A DNA stretch of 63,955 nt, filler included, from Vannella sp. (Eukaryota): NCBI GenBank assembly GCA_023345925.1. It is 7 parts of 7 records of this genome, joined end to end, with 100 filler letters (N's around TTAATTAATTAA, not from the genome) between each part and the next. Parts side by side here need not be neighbours in the genome. Positions count along the whole stretch, not along the records: positions 47,911 to 54,743 come from JAJQQN010000943.1; positions 54,844 to 60,680 come from JAJQQN010000814.1; 5 more parts are not named here. One strand, given 5' to 3'. Each line of letters starts with the position of its first letter. Position 1 is the first letter of the stretch. Shown here one piece after another: positions 47,911 through 59,155 of the stretch. Both the position numbers and the translations under genes were made by a program. The notes beneath the pieces are model-generated. The model was not told the origin of the DNA. It made no database searches and saw only the letters and a program-made list of their open reading frames with translations.

Positions 47911-48667
47911 AAACGCTTTAGCAAAGGGATTGCTGTCATTGTCGATGCTGTTAAGACTGACACCAAAGCAGACCTCAGCGAAGCTATCCAAAGTGAAGCG
48001 CATGCAGAAATCTTGCATGTCAATCCCTGTCAGAGCCAGAGAAGGGGCTTTTGACAACTCTTCGAGTCGATCACACACTTTCTGTGAGTTCTGAAGGAAC
48101 ACTTCGCCATGTTGGCGCAACGAGGCCTTATGAAACAGTGCTCCTGACATCTTTCTGTGCCGTTTCCATTCCTCTGAAGCTCTTTCAGGGCCAATCGTCG
48201 AAGAAGGAGCAAAGTCTCACCTCCATTCACATTGAAGATGCCACTACCAAGGAACTCCTGGTACTGCTTGCATTGGTTATGGCTCTTCTCATACGTAGAA
48301 CCAAAGTGCGTGGAAGTAAAGTGCTTGACAACCTCTGTACGAATCAGAATCTGCCTCCTCGCCCGCATTCCCTCTCACCCGGATCGATCGTCAGGAGGAC
48401 CATCCGAGAGGCTGGGAACCCGGGAGCGGTTATCAAATAGGTAGAGGTATCCAACGCCTTGAAGTACTGCTCGTGGATAGCCATGTGGTTGTCCGCAGGC
48501 CAACTCAGAATCCTCATCAAATGCCCCAGCACAGGCAACGAGAGCCCTGGCATCACTGCAAGCCCCTCCACCCTTATCCTTTTCTGCGACCACCACAACC
48601 AGGCCCCCAACGCCACAGCCAACGCCACGAACAAAACCAAAAGCTCCCCCCAAGAGCCCCCTTCCAT
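47911..48667 (-). CDS. Cytochrome P450, N-terminal half (CYP86/CYP704-clan-like; 3'-truncated)
   Basis: N-terminal TM, PG..LPVLGH, LGSGIFNVNG|..W.RHRK, IDMQD..MRFTLDS..FG. Confidence 0.85.
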
Positions 48668-48775
48668 CCCTAAGCCCCCAATTCCCACTGGGCCAAGCCC
48701 TTACCACGTTCTCATCACCTTTAAAGACATGTGACACGCAAGAGGTCACCAGAGAGCTCATTTGCTGCTCTCCAG

Positions 48776-50465
48776 ATGAAGGAAGAAGTGCGGGCGGTCC
48801 TTCAAGCGTTGCGGGAGCACCATGCGGATGTGTTACAGCACTTACAAGTGAAGCAAGCCTTTGTGGAGAACCCAAAGCGCTTTGAGGAGATGCACCTGAA
48901 CGCGGAGGAGGTTGCTGACGGTCTTTTGTTTGATTGGAGCAAGAACCTCGTTACTCCAGACACTATGCGCCTCCTCCTCGAGTTATGTCCTGCTGCGGGA
49001 CTATCTGAAGCTATCAAGGGCATGTGGAACGGGGAAGCCATCAACAACACCGAGAACCGCGCTGTTCTGCACGTTGCCCTCCGCCATCCCGACGGGTGAG
49101 CTCCATCGTCGTAGCACGGATCTCTTCGTTACTGACTCTCTGCATAGTTTGGGACGCCCTGAAGTAGAGCACACACGCCAGAGAGTCTGTGCCTTTGCAG
49201 AACGGGTCCGAGAAGGCACTTGGAGGGGTTACACAGAGCAGGCCATCACAGACGTTGTGAACATTGGTATTGGAGGCAGTGATCTTGGTCCGCAGATGGT
49301 TTGCGAAGCGCTCAAGCCCTTCAGTGGACAGCTTCGCGTTCACTTTGTCAGTAACATTGACGGCGCTCATCTCTCTGGCGTATTGAAGAAGCTGAAGCCT
49401 CGCCACACCCTCTTTGTGATAGCCAGCAAGACTTTCACTACTCAGGAGACCCTCACGAATGCTCTGAGTGCCCGCCATTGGTTCCTCCAAGCCAAAGGAG
49501 CCACTCAGAGTGACGTTGCGAGACACTTTGTCGCTGTCTCCTCGAATGCACGCCTTGTAGAGGAGTTTGGTATCTCCTCGTCGAACATGTTCCCCATGTG
49601 GGACTGGGTGGGAGGTCGCTACTCGCTTTGGAGCGCTATTGGGCTCCCCATCGCCCTGCTGGTTGGTTCGCGTCACTTCCGCAGTCTGTTAGAGGGTGCA
49701 CACCGTGCAGATAACCACTTCCGCGACGCTCCCTTTGATAGGAACATTCCTGTCCTCATGGCGCTGCTTGGCGTCCTCTATCGCAACGTTTACGGAGCTG
49801 CTACTCACGCCATTCTGCCCTACGACCAGCACTTGCATCGCTTCACAGCCTACTTCCAACAAGGGGACATGGAGAGCAACGGCAAAGGGGTAACTAAGCA
49901 AGGAGTCCCCATTATTGACTACCAAACGGGCCCAGTCGTGTGGGGAGAGCCCGGGACGAACGGTCAACACGCTTTCTACCAGCTCCTACATCAAGGCACT
50001 CAGCTGGTTCCGTGTGACTTCCTCGCTGCAGCCACCACGCTGACCCCGCTCCCCACAGACCACCATTCGATCCTTCTGTCTCACTTCTTCGCCCAAACAG
50101 AGGCTTTGATGCTCGGTCGTACATCAGAAGAAGCAGCCCAGGACTTGGCTTCACTGCCAGAGGCAGAGAGAGCGGCTCTCCTCCCTCACAAAGTGTTTCC
50201 GGGTAACCGCCCTTCCACCACTCTTCTCTACCGCCAGCTCGACGCGAGGACGTTGGGAGCCCTCATTGCACTGTACGAGCACAAGATCTTCGTGCAAGGC
50301 ATCCTCTGGGACGTCAACTCCTTCGACCAAATGGGAGTGGAACTCGGCAAGCAACTGGCCCAGCGCATTCTCCCCGAACTGGCTCACTCTGGCCCCGTTC
50401 ACACTCACGATGCCTCCACCAATGGCCTCCTCAACCATACGAAGCGCTTGCGCGCCGCCTTGTAA
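48776..50465 (+). CDS. GPI: Glucose-6-phosphate isomerase (one intron at ~49096-49147)
   Basis: [68 protein letters not shown]. Confidence 0.97.
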
Positions 50466-50523
50466 CTGCCTTTAAGAGCTTTCCCTCATTTCCCGCCAAC
50501 TTCGCGCTCTTCCCCATCTCGCC

Positions 50524-51396
50524 ATGGTGAGGAGGCAGGGAAGGGTCGTGTGGGGTTGTGGGCAGGTCTATTGACGTGTGGTGGGTGGGTCTAGTCAGAA
50601 GAAGAGGGCGGACTCGAGTTCCTGTTCAAAGTGATCATTGTTGGACACAATGCAGCGGGGAAGACGAGTAGGCGGCCCGTCTTCTCATACAGCGTTGTTC
50701 TGAGGGCTGACCTTGGAGTGTAGGTGTTGTACAACGCTATACAAAGAACAGCTTCTCCTCAGACTACAAGAACACAGTGAGGGCCCCTTTCCGTCAGCGC
50801 AAGGCTTCTTCTCACAGAGGAGGGAGATTGGGGTGGACTTTTCGATGAAGAAGGTCATGTGGAACAACGACTCGGACATCCTCTTGCAGTTGTGGGACTT
50901 GGGAGGCCAAGATCGCTTCGCTAACCTGTCCCGCGCCTATTACCGAGACGCTGTGGGCGCCGTAGTCGTGTTTGACTGCACCTCTGAGGCTAGTTTAAGG
51001 CGCTCTCAAGAGTGGAAGACCGATGTGGATGCCAAGGTCACGTGGAACGGCAAGAAGATCCCTGCCATTCTCTTTGCCAACAAGATCGACCTCGGCGCGG
51101 GCGACTTTATGCAAGATCGTGGTGTGATGGAGCAGTACTGCAAGGACTATGGATTTGTGGGATGGTACGAAGAACTGTAGACCCTCCTCAGTCTCTAACG
51201 ATGCGCCAGGTTCGAGACCTCAGCCAAGGACAACGTTGGCATTGACGCTGGCATGAAAGTCCTCATTGGGAAGATCATGGACTTGGGGGGTCACGCTGCC
51301 GCACCTCAAGCGGAAGAAACGGAAGCGAAGGACTCGATCATCATCCGCCGGCGTGAGAAGAAGCAAGAAGTGGTGCAGAGCGACTGCCGATGCTGA
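50524..51396 (+). CDS. Rab GTPase, Rab32/38-like (multi-exon)
   Basis: FLFKVIIVGHNAAGKTS, IGVDFSMK, LQLWDLGGQDRF, WKTDVDAKV, ANKID, FETSAK, C-terminal CRC. Confidence 0.88.
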
Positions 51397-51484
51397 GACC
51401 CCGCGATTCAGGCTGCTGGCCACTCCAACAAGCTTGTAGATACCATGATGGTGACAGTTTATGTGCGGAGGGGAAAGGAGGAGC

Positions 51485-52909
51485 TCACATCTTCCATTGA
51501 GCGCGTCGCTTGATCGCTCGGTTTGGTTTCTTGTTCGGGTCAATGGACTTGCGAGCCACGTCCATCTTCCTGCGGAGGTCCTTGGCAGTGGCAGCACGGA
51601 TCCTCTGCTCGCGATGAGCAACCGCCAAGTACTCTTGGATGAGAGTGTCCCAAGTGGCATCGGCTGGGTTCTTGTACTCGACTTTGCGCTTCCAGATAGG
51701 TGCCTTCCTCTTCCGCTTGCGGAAGACGACTTCTTCCTCCCGATCTTGGATGATTGCGGTGCGGATCATGTCCAATCGCTCCTTGTCATTGGGCTCAGCG
51801 GTTACTCGAGCCACCAGTGCCTCTAGAACAGGGTTGAGGGAGAGTTGGTTGCGCTGGTCCTTGAACAATCGAAGGACCTGCTGTGCAACGGACCAACCTA
51901 AGGGGATCTTGTGTTGATCCATTCGTTGAAGGAATTGATCGATCTGATGGTGGTCCGACTGGGTAACAAGGCTTTCTACAATGCTATTACAATGAGCAGA
52001 GGAGAGCGAGGAGCTATGCTCGCCCCAAGCGTGCTCGTTCATGGCGTCAAAGTTGCCCTTTGCCGCGTAAGCACGTGCAAAGAGCCCATGAGCGTACTCT
52101 GGAAGTGCTCCGTGTTTCTTTAAGTCGTTAGCAGCGCTGAGAGCCGGCTCGATCTCGCCCAGTTTGAGATGGAGCGCCAACAGGTACTGAGTTGTTTGGT
52201 GGTTAGGGCTGATTCCTCTCTCCTGCATCTGCGCGCAGTAATCCAAGGCACCTCGAAGGCTTGAATACGTTACGCAACCACTGATCATGATGTTAAAGGA
52301 GGCTACATCAGGTCCTTCTGGGGTGGCCTTGAGGAAGTTGAGGAGGATCTCTGCCAAGAAGACCTCCCCAGCATCCACAAACTCAGCCATAGCAATATGA
52401 TACGAGCTGCGTTGAGCAGGAGAGTCCTTCCGAGCAGTGACAGCGAAGAAGTAGTCGCGCGCTTCCTTCACTTGTCCCACTCCAAACAGCTGTAGCAGAG
52501 AGTAGTTGAAGCCCTTTACATCTCGCACATTCACGTCCACTGGGATCTCAATGGTGGGCTTGGAGGTGAGGCGAATGATGTCGAGGTAAGTGGACGATTT
52601 CTCCGTCAGCTTCTCTGGGTCGTATTTGGGATCCTTCAAGGGCAGGTACCTTCTCTCATCAAGAGGAAGAAGAAGAGAGTCTAACTGCTGAGACTTTTCG
52701 CGAGCTCCTCTGATGCGGCGATGTAGAACATTGAGTCCTTGACCCGGAGTGATGGGCGGCCCTCTTTGTGCAGCCTCTCGTTCGATCTCATCCTGTACGA
52801 GCGCCTCCGCAGTCGGAGATTCACACCAGGTACGACTAATGGGAACCAAAACCCTCTGAGAGCCCGCGCCCCAGCCAACAGAGCGCACCAGCGGCAGACC
52901 GCGTAACAT
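51485..52909 (-). CDS. PPR-containing protein, probably mitochondrial
   Basis: PDVASFNIMISGC..MQERGISPN; presequence-like MLRGLPLVRS. Confidence 0.72.
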   Translation of the reverse strand: MLRGLPLVRSVGWGAGSQRVLVPISRTWCESPTAEALVQDEIEREAAQRGPPITPGQGLNVLHRRIRGAREKSQQLDSLLLPLDERRYLPLKDPKYDPEKLTEKSSTYLDIIRLTSKPTIEIPVDVNVRDVKGFNYSLLQLFGVGQVKEARDYFFAVTARKDSPAQRSSYHIAMAEFVDAGEVFLAEILLNFLKATPEGPDVASFNIMISGCVTYSSLRGALDYCAQMQERGISPNHQTTQYLLALHLKLGEIEPALSAANDLKKHGALPEYAHGLFARAYAAKGNFDAMNEHAWGEHSSSLSSAHCNSIVESLVTQSDHHQIDQFLQRMDQHKIPLGWSVAQQVLRLFKDQRNQLSLNPVLEALVARVTAEPNDKERLDMIRTAIIQDREEEVVFRKRKRKAPIWKRKVEYKNPADATWDTLIQEYLAVAHREQRIRAATAKDLRRKMDVARKSIDPNKKPNRAIKRRAQWKM

Positions 52910-52954
52910 GCGAGGCACTCAAGGAATGACTGAAACAGCGCCTTTATTGCCCTC

Positions 52955-54054
52955 CTACTCATCGGACACCTCCATGGCGCTACCACTTTGCACAGCAGCT
53001 TTGATTTGATCCAAAAGCGACTTGGCTTTGTCGATTGCGCCTTGGAGGGGGACTGGCGCCTGTTTGAGGAGCTGGAGGGAGGATCAGAGGTGGTGGAACA
53101 GGAAGGGGATGAGCGTACTTTAAGAGAGGTTCGGATGCACTCCTCAGCGTCAACAAGGATCTCTGGATCGGAGTTATCCGCCGACATGTTGAAATAGCAC
53201 AATGCCAGCAAGAACCAGACCTCAGAGTCCTCGTCATCCTCATGTGTGAGCTTTTCTAAGAGCTTTGGGTCTGTTAGGTGCGCTCAGTCTGGCCCCCAGA
53301 GAGGACATACGTCTGTGGCATCTTCCAGTAAGTTGACTTCGATCAAGATCTTTGCTGTGGACACCCTCACGGTGTAGGCAGGGAGATCTTCGTCTTCTCT
53401 TTCCTTCCATAGTGAGAAACTGATCTGAATGGCAGCTAGAGCGCTCTCTGGATCTGATTTAGCGAGGGAGCATTGCGCCCTTAGCAAGTGTGCCTCGACG
53501 TTGTCCCCCCTCCACTCCACGGCTTGTTCAATCAGCCGTGTGCATTCTTCTTCTGCCCCCTCCTCGAAGCAGCAGTCTGTCATGAAGATCTCTGCCATCG
53601 AGCAGTAAGCAGATGACAATTGCTCTGCCAGGCTTGTCTGTTGGTCCTGATCTCCGCTTGAAAGAGCTTCTGTGTGAAAGCGAGTCATTATCTCGGCGCC
53701 TTTACTAAAGCAGGCCAGCGAGTCCATCCCTGAGGCCAGCTGCCCCGCGATCATGTACTTTTGGAAGCCCCCTTCCGGGTCCAGCTCAATGCTACGACTG
53801 ATGAGGTGATCCAGTGGTTAAGGGAAAGAGGGAGAAGAAGAGGTAAGAGTGACTGGTGAGAAGGATATCTGAGCGGCCTCTTCCACCTGCTCAAGCTCGA
53901 GCAGGCACTCTGCGTAGTCGTCCATTACCGCTGTGTTGTCGGGCTCCATTTCAAGAGCTTTAGCATAGAACTGTCGTGCAAGGGGCACCGTGTTGATGCT
54001 TTGCAGCAACTCTTCAGCTTTCACAAGAAGATCTTGAACTGAGTAGGAAGACAT
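52955..54054 (-). CDS. ACL4: TPR protein, Acl4-like (Rpl4 assembly chaperone); contains a U12 AT-AC intron at 53806-53868
   Basis: ARQFYAKALEMEPDN, SIELDPEGGFQKYM..GQL, AYCSMAEIFMTDCCFEEGAEEEC. Confidence 0.8.
53806..53868 (-). other. U12-type AT-AC intron (63 nt)
   Basis: Minus strand 5' ATATCCTT, branch TCCCTTAAC, 3' AC. Joins EEAAQ|LISRSIELDP in frame with the next ORF. Confidence 0.92.
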
Positions 54055-54624
54055 AGAAATGATGCCCTCCACTGGATTGGACTTCTTACGACACCAGTCA
54101 TTCATCCAGATTATGCTTTCAGCAAGGATTTATTAAAAGGCTCTTTCATTTCTCTCAGCTCTCTCGGGTGGTGCACCTCCCAGAGCACCTAACCTGCAAG
54201 CTGGATCCATGGGTGTTGCTATGATGCATACGATGTGAAATGCGCATGTTAGAGCACGGGTATCCATGATGACGACACTCTATTCGTTGTTTTCAACTTT
54301 TATTGGAGAGATTGTCAAGGTTACTGCATTTGGCCCATGTGGATGTTCAGTATCGATCAATTTGAACAACCTCATATCGAGAAGGCGCCGAGAGAAAAAG
54401 AGGACAGTCTTCTCCATTGTGTGTATGCCCGAAAGACATCAAAGAAACATCTGAAAGCTCAACAAACTAACACTCAGATACCTGTTAAACGTAATTCACA
54501 CGGCTTGCCGCCAACCTAAGGTCAACGCAACCCCGTCCAGACCGGAAGAACGAAGATTTCCGTGTCAACCTTCTAATATCACACCTAGAATCGAAAATTT
54601 GCTGTCCGGTCGAAAAGGGACCCC

Positions 54625-54698
54625 GCCTTTATGGCTCAGTTGGCTAGAGCGTCCAGCTGTTAACCGGAAGGTCCGTGGTTCGAGCCCACGTAGAGGCG
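54625..54698 (+). tRNA. tRNA-Asn (GTT)
   Basis: GCCTTTA/TAGAGGC acceptor stem, CT GTT AA loop, GGTTCGAGCCC T-arm; one A-C mismatch in the anticodon stem. Confidence 0.92.
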
Positions 54699-54708
54699 CC
54701 CCATAATT

Positions 54709-54743
54709 GCAAGTTTAGCGAAGTGGTCAAACGCGCTGGTCTC
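54709..54743 (+). tRNA. 5' half of a second tRNA (Leu/Ser-like D-arm), cut by the contig end
   Basis: GCAAGTT TA GCG AAGTGGTCAAA CGC G CTGGT CTC... Confidence 0.65.
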
Positions 54744-54843
54744 NNNNNNNNNNNNNNNNNNNNNNNNNNNNNNNNNNNNNNNNNNNNTTAATTAATTAAN
54801 NNNNNNNNNNNNNNNNNNNNNNNNNNNNNNNNNNNNNNNNNNN
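54744..54843. other. Artificial contig linker
   Basis: N-run + TTAATTAATTAA + N-run. Confidence 0.98.
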
Positions 54844-54981
54844 CTGGAAGTAAGAAAGGACGATATTGACTTTGACGAGTTGGACACTCTTTTCGCCCAT
54901 TTAAATGTTTGAATGTAAGGAATCGCGATCCCTTAAGATTTGATTTCTTTTGGACAGAGTTTATGCTGAAGGTCACTTGGA

Positions 54982-55473
54982 CTACAAGGGCAGCAAGAGG
55001 AGTCCCTTTTTGAGGGCTCGAGAGGCTTTTCTGGAGTTGTTCAGCTTAGCTACTTGTAGAGGGGTTTGGTATTCGTCATTTCTAATGCTTTGTGATGACA
55101 GTCCTCCGTACTCGGCGAGAAGGCGGATAACTTTGCCGTGATTGTACTCAGCGGCCCAGTGCATGGGTGTGTTTCCTTCAGAGTCAAGAGTGTTGGGTGT
55201 TGCATTGTTCCGGAGAAGGAAGCGGATGATTTTGGTGTTGCCTTCTTTGCACGCCCAATGAAGGACTGACTCATGAAACACATTGAACGCGTTCACATCG
55301 CATCCTTTAGCCACCAGATGTCTCACAGTGTACTCATTTCCACCCACGACAGCATAATGTAAGGGTGTTGAATGATAGCTGGAGACTTGGTGGAGCTCCG
55401 AGGGTGAACAGTTGTCGAGAGAATCCTTTCGGTACACACCGCAAGCTGCAAGTCGGAAGATTGCGATGTTCAT
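54982..55473 (-). CDS. Small ankyrin-repeat protein, tandem paralog 1
   Basis: TPLHYA, SVLHWAC, GNTPMHWAA, TPLQVA. Confidence 0.9.
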   Translation of the reverse strand: MNIAIFRLAACGVYRKDSLDNCSPSELHQVSSYHSTPLHYAVVGGNEYTVRHLVAKGCDVNAFNVFHESVLHWACKEGNTKIIRFLLRNNATPNTLDSEGNTPMHWAAEYNHGKVIRLLAEYGGLSSQSIRNDEYQTPLQVAKLNNSRKASRALKKGLLLLPL

Positions 55474-55780
55474 GAGAGGTATGGCAGAGAATGAGAAGAC
55501 AAGAGCGGGAGCTCAGCCAAAGTCGCTGGGCGGTCTTTCTCCAAAAGATCGTCATTTGCAAGTCCCAAGAAGGAAACTCCGGATAGTGCCGAAGCGGAGG
55601 TCTGCCGATGGAGCGATCATTCCTAGATCGATTCTAGAATTCGGCGGGCAACGATACCGCGATCTTCTGTCGATGAAGGAGGTTTAATTCAGCAGAATTC
55701 TAAGTTATCACAAGACAGACTAAACACGACAAAGCGAACCGATTTGAAAATGATGGGAAGCGCTCTGATTTGGATTGAGT

Positions 55781-56296
55781 TTATTCTGAGAGTCCTCTCT
55801 CTTCGATGGAAGGCAGTCGGAAGAGAGTCTTTTTGAGAGCTCGAGAGGCTTTTTTGGAGTTGTTCATCTCAGCTACTTGGATAGGGGTTCGGAAGTCTTC
55901 ATTTCGAATGCTTTGTGATGAGAGACCACCGTGCTCGGCCAGAAGGTGGATGACTTTGCCGTGATTGTACTCAGCAGCCCAGTGCATGGGTGTGTTTCCT
56001 TCCGAATCCAGCGCATTGGGGCAAGCTTTGTGTTGGAGAAGGAAGCGAATGATGTTGGTGTTGCCTTCTTTACAGGCCCAATGCAGGACTGACTCGTGGT
56101 ACACGTTGAATGCGTTCACATCGGACCCTTTAGCCACAAAGTATCTCACGGTATCCTTGTTTCCACCCAAGACAGCATAGTGCAGGGCTGAAGAGCGCAA
56201 GCTGGAGACCTGGTTGATATCGCTGGGAGGGCAGTTGTCAAGAGAGTCCCTCCGGTACCTCCCGCATACTGCGAGTCTGAAGATTGCAACATCCAT
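55781..56296 (-). CDS. Small ankyrin-repeat protein, tandem paralog 2
   Basis: Collinear with paralog 1 (ESVLHWACKEGNT, DSEGNTPMHWAAEYNHGKVI). Confidence 0.9.
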   Translation of the reverse strand: MDVAIFRLAVCGRYRRDSLDNCPPSDINQVSSLRSSALHYAVLGGNKDTVRYFVAKGSDVNAFNVYHESVLHWACKEGNTNIIRFLLQHKACPNALDSEGNTPMHWAAEYNHGKVIHLLAEHGGLSSQSIRNEDFRTPIQVAEMNNSKKASRALKKTLFRLPSIEERGLSE

Positions 56297-56672
56297 GATC
56301 TTTGTAACAAAAAATGAGAAGATGAAACTTCTCAGCGCAATAAGCTGGAAAAGGGCCTCCTGCCTATTTTAGGAGAGCTGTAGGGCCAAAAAAGGATACT
56401 CCGCTGGTGCGGAAGCGGAGGCGCCGTATTTTGGCGCGGAGCGGCGTTTTTTGGTTCCTATGAACAAGCCGATTCAGTCGTGACGTTACGGCAAAATGAG
56501 GAAATGATGGAGAAACCAGAAATCGGTCATTCCCGAGCTTTGATGGAGGATCAGTTGCGGCTTTGTCGTTGTTGCCCTGAGACCTTCTGAAGTCTGGGAA
56601 CCGTCCAGAAAACCAAAAAGTAGTTAATCTTCCACCTTTCAGAGAGTACCAGAACGACCTCGTATCGTATTG

Positions 56673-57939
56673 ATGGCATTTCCCTTTGGCATGATCAGCC
56701 GATGCAAGCTGTTTGTTTGTGGCGGCGTGGTGAAGCGGTTTTGTGCCATTCCATCAAAGCTGGAGAAGAAGAACTTCATTGGGATGGGGGCGGATCAGCT
56801 GGCAGAGGAGCTGCGAAAGCTGGAGTTGAAGGAGACAGTTAGTGGTCGCGTTTTTACATCTGTGTATGATGGGGGCATCTCCTCCTTCCAAGACATGCCA
56901 GAGGGCAAAGTAAGCAAGATTGCTATCGATAGCTTGAGCAAGCACTTCTCTCTTGACTACGGGAGCCTTGCAAAGGAGCAAATTAGTGATGACGGCACTC
57001 GAAAGTGGCTAGTTCAGTACGGTTCTCACAAGGTTGAGAGTAAGTCATCACCACCTCCTATGCAACTCTCTCACACGCGTTCTAGCTGTCTTCATCCCTT
57101 CTGACGACCTCTGCCAGACGGATGAGTCACACATTCTCTCTCCTCGTCGAAAGGCGGGGACCATATGCATCAGTTCTCAAGTAGGATGCACAGTAGGATG
57201 TACGTTCTGCTTTACAGGCACCCAGAAGATCTCTCGCAACCTCAACACGAGCGAGATAGTCGGTCAAGTGATGACCGCTTTGAGGAGGATGGATCAGTTT
57301 GGAACGGATCGTGTCGTCCAAAACATTGTCTTCATGGGGCAAGGGGAGCCCTTCTACAACTATGCCAACGTGGTAGGCGCTATCCACTTGCTTGGAGACC
57401 CGAACGGGCTTTGTTTCTCGAAGAAACGGATCACAGTGAGCACAAGTGGAGTGGTTCCCATGATCAGACGCTTCTCTAGCGACGAAGAGCTTGAAACTGT
57501 CCAGCTGGCGATCTCCCTGCATGCGGTACGTGACGAGATTCGTGATGAGTTGGTACCCGTCAACCGACAATGGCCTCTGAAAGAGCTGATGGCAGCTTGC
57601 CGTGACTATCATCAGAAGAGGCGCCTTGTGTTTGAGTATGTGATGCTTCGAGGTGTCAACGACACCTCAGAGGACGCTAAAAAGCTCATCGAGTTGCTTC
57701 AAGGTCTTCGAGCGGTCGTTAACCTGATCCCGTTCAATGCGTGGCCCGGATCTCGATACGAGTGCTCTCACCGCACTGACATTATACACTTCCATGACCT
57801 CCTTCAAGCCAGCGGCATCCCTGCACCGATCCGTTGGCCTCGTGGGGATGACATTCTCGCTGCTTGTGGACAGCTTCAGACCCTTCAAGACACTCTCGTT
57901 GGACCTCCTGTTGTAAGCAAACCCTCACCGAGTCTGTAA
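56673..57939 (+). CDS. rlmN: Radical SAM RNA methyltransferase RlmN-like, probably organelle-targeted (one intron)
   Basis: SDDGTRKWL, CISSQVGCTVGCTFCFTG (CX3CX2C), VFMGQGEP, TVSTSG, EYVML, DILAACGQL. Confidence 0.92.
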
Positions 57940-57985
57940 AGCGCCCCTATCTCCAGAAAACGAGGCATTTGTCGGTGGGTTGGTG

Positions 57986-59089
57986 ATGCTGAAATGGATG
58001 GCCGAGAAATGGGTCCGTTCCCGTCTCATGTCCGCTAATCACCAAGAAGAGATAGATACCCACTTAGTTGCTTTGCTTCTGAGCCTGAAGGAGAAGCTGG
58101 CAGACGTACACAACGAGGAGGAGCTGGAAGCGATGCTCCCCACCTCCCTTAACTTGTCGTACGCGAAGCAGCGCGCTCTCATATCCCAGACATTAGATAG
58201 AGAGTTTAAGCGGCTTTTTGAAATCGTCCACGCAAAGGGTGGCGTAGACCCGTACCCAGCGCCAGTGATCGAAAGGCATCCAGAAGAGGAGCACTTGACT
58301 TATGAGGAGGTCGCAGAGCGGCGCCTTGACGTTCTGACAGAATCAGAAGCCAGGAAACAAGAGGCAGAGATCCTTCAACGCCCTCTACCGCATCCAGACG
58401 GCTTCACTTTGCAGATTCAGTACAGTTCGATCGACCATCCCGCTGCCGGCTTCGGTTTGTGTGTGAAGGAGGGCCGGGTACTCCCTGGATCCGTCATTGG
58501 ACTGTATCCTGGCATGATATACACAGCAGAGACCTTTCCATTGCTCAACAAGGTGCGTAGATGGGGGATTGAGTCTCCACTTGTTCTGATCTTGGTCACT
58601 TCTGTCTTGTAGGAGAGCGAGTACATGATAACAGGATACGATGGTATCGTTATAGATGCTGACGGCTGGGCAGAGTCAGCAATCGAAGCACGAAGGAAGT
58701 TGCGACAGTTCCAACAGCTCAACAGCCAGAACCCGATCCAGTTAGCTCGCTACCGCAATCCCTTTGCAGTAGGGAACTACATCAACCATCCTCCAGAAGG
58801 AGAAGTCCCCAATGTGATCGGATACGCCTACGCCTTTGACTGGAAGAGGTTCCCAGAGCCACTTCACCCGTTTGTCCCTCATCTCTACAAAGAGACACCC
58901 AAATGGTACCACGACGAGTCTGTCCATGCTCGTACAGTCGCCATGATTGCTACGCGAACCATACATGAAGGGGAAGAGATCTACTTGGACTACAGGTACA
59001 ATCCAGCCTTCCCGTACCCGCCATGGTACCATCCTGTGGATGAAGAAGCTGCCAAGAGACGCTGGGCTCCTACGAACATCTTGTTCTGA
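57986..59089 (+). CDS. SETD9: SET domain protein, SETD9-like (one intron)
   Basis: SSIDHPAAGFGL..GLYPG, DGIVID, NPFAVGNYINHPP..PNV, ATRTIHEGEEIYLDY. Confidence 0.75.
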
Positions 59090-59155
59090 GTCAAAGACTC
59101 CTCATATTCGCCCAAGCAGCCCAAACGAGGAGAGGCGCTTCATTTCACTTGATCA

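Noticed and set aside
54130..54600. Short ORFs upstream of the tRNA pair, a possible retroelement relic
   Set aside because: No recognisable RT or integrase motif, LTR or TSD.
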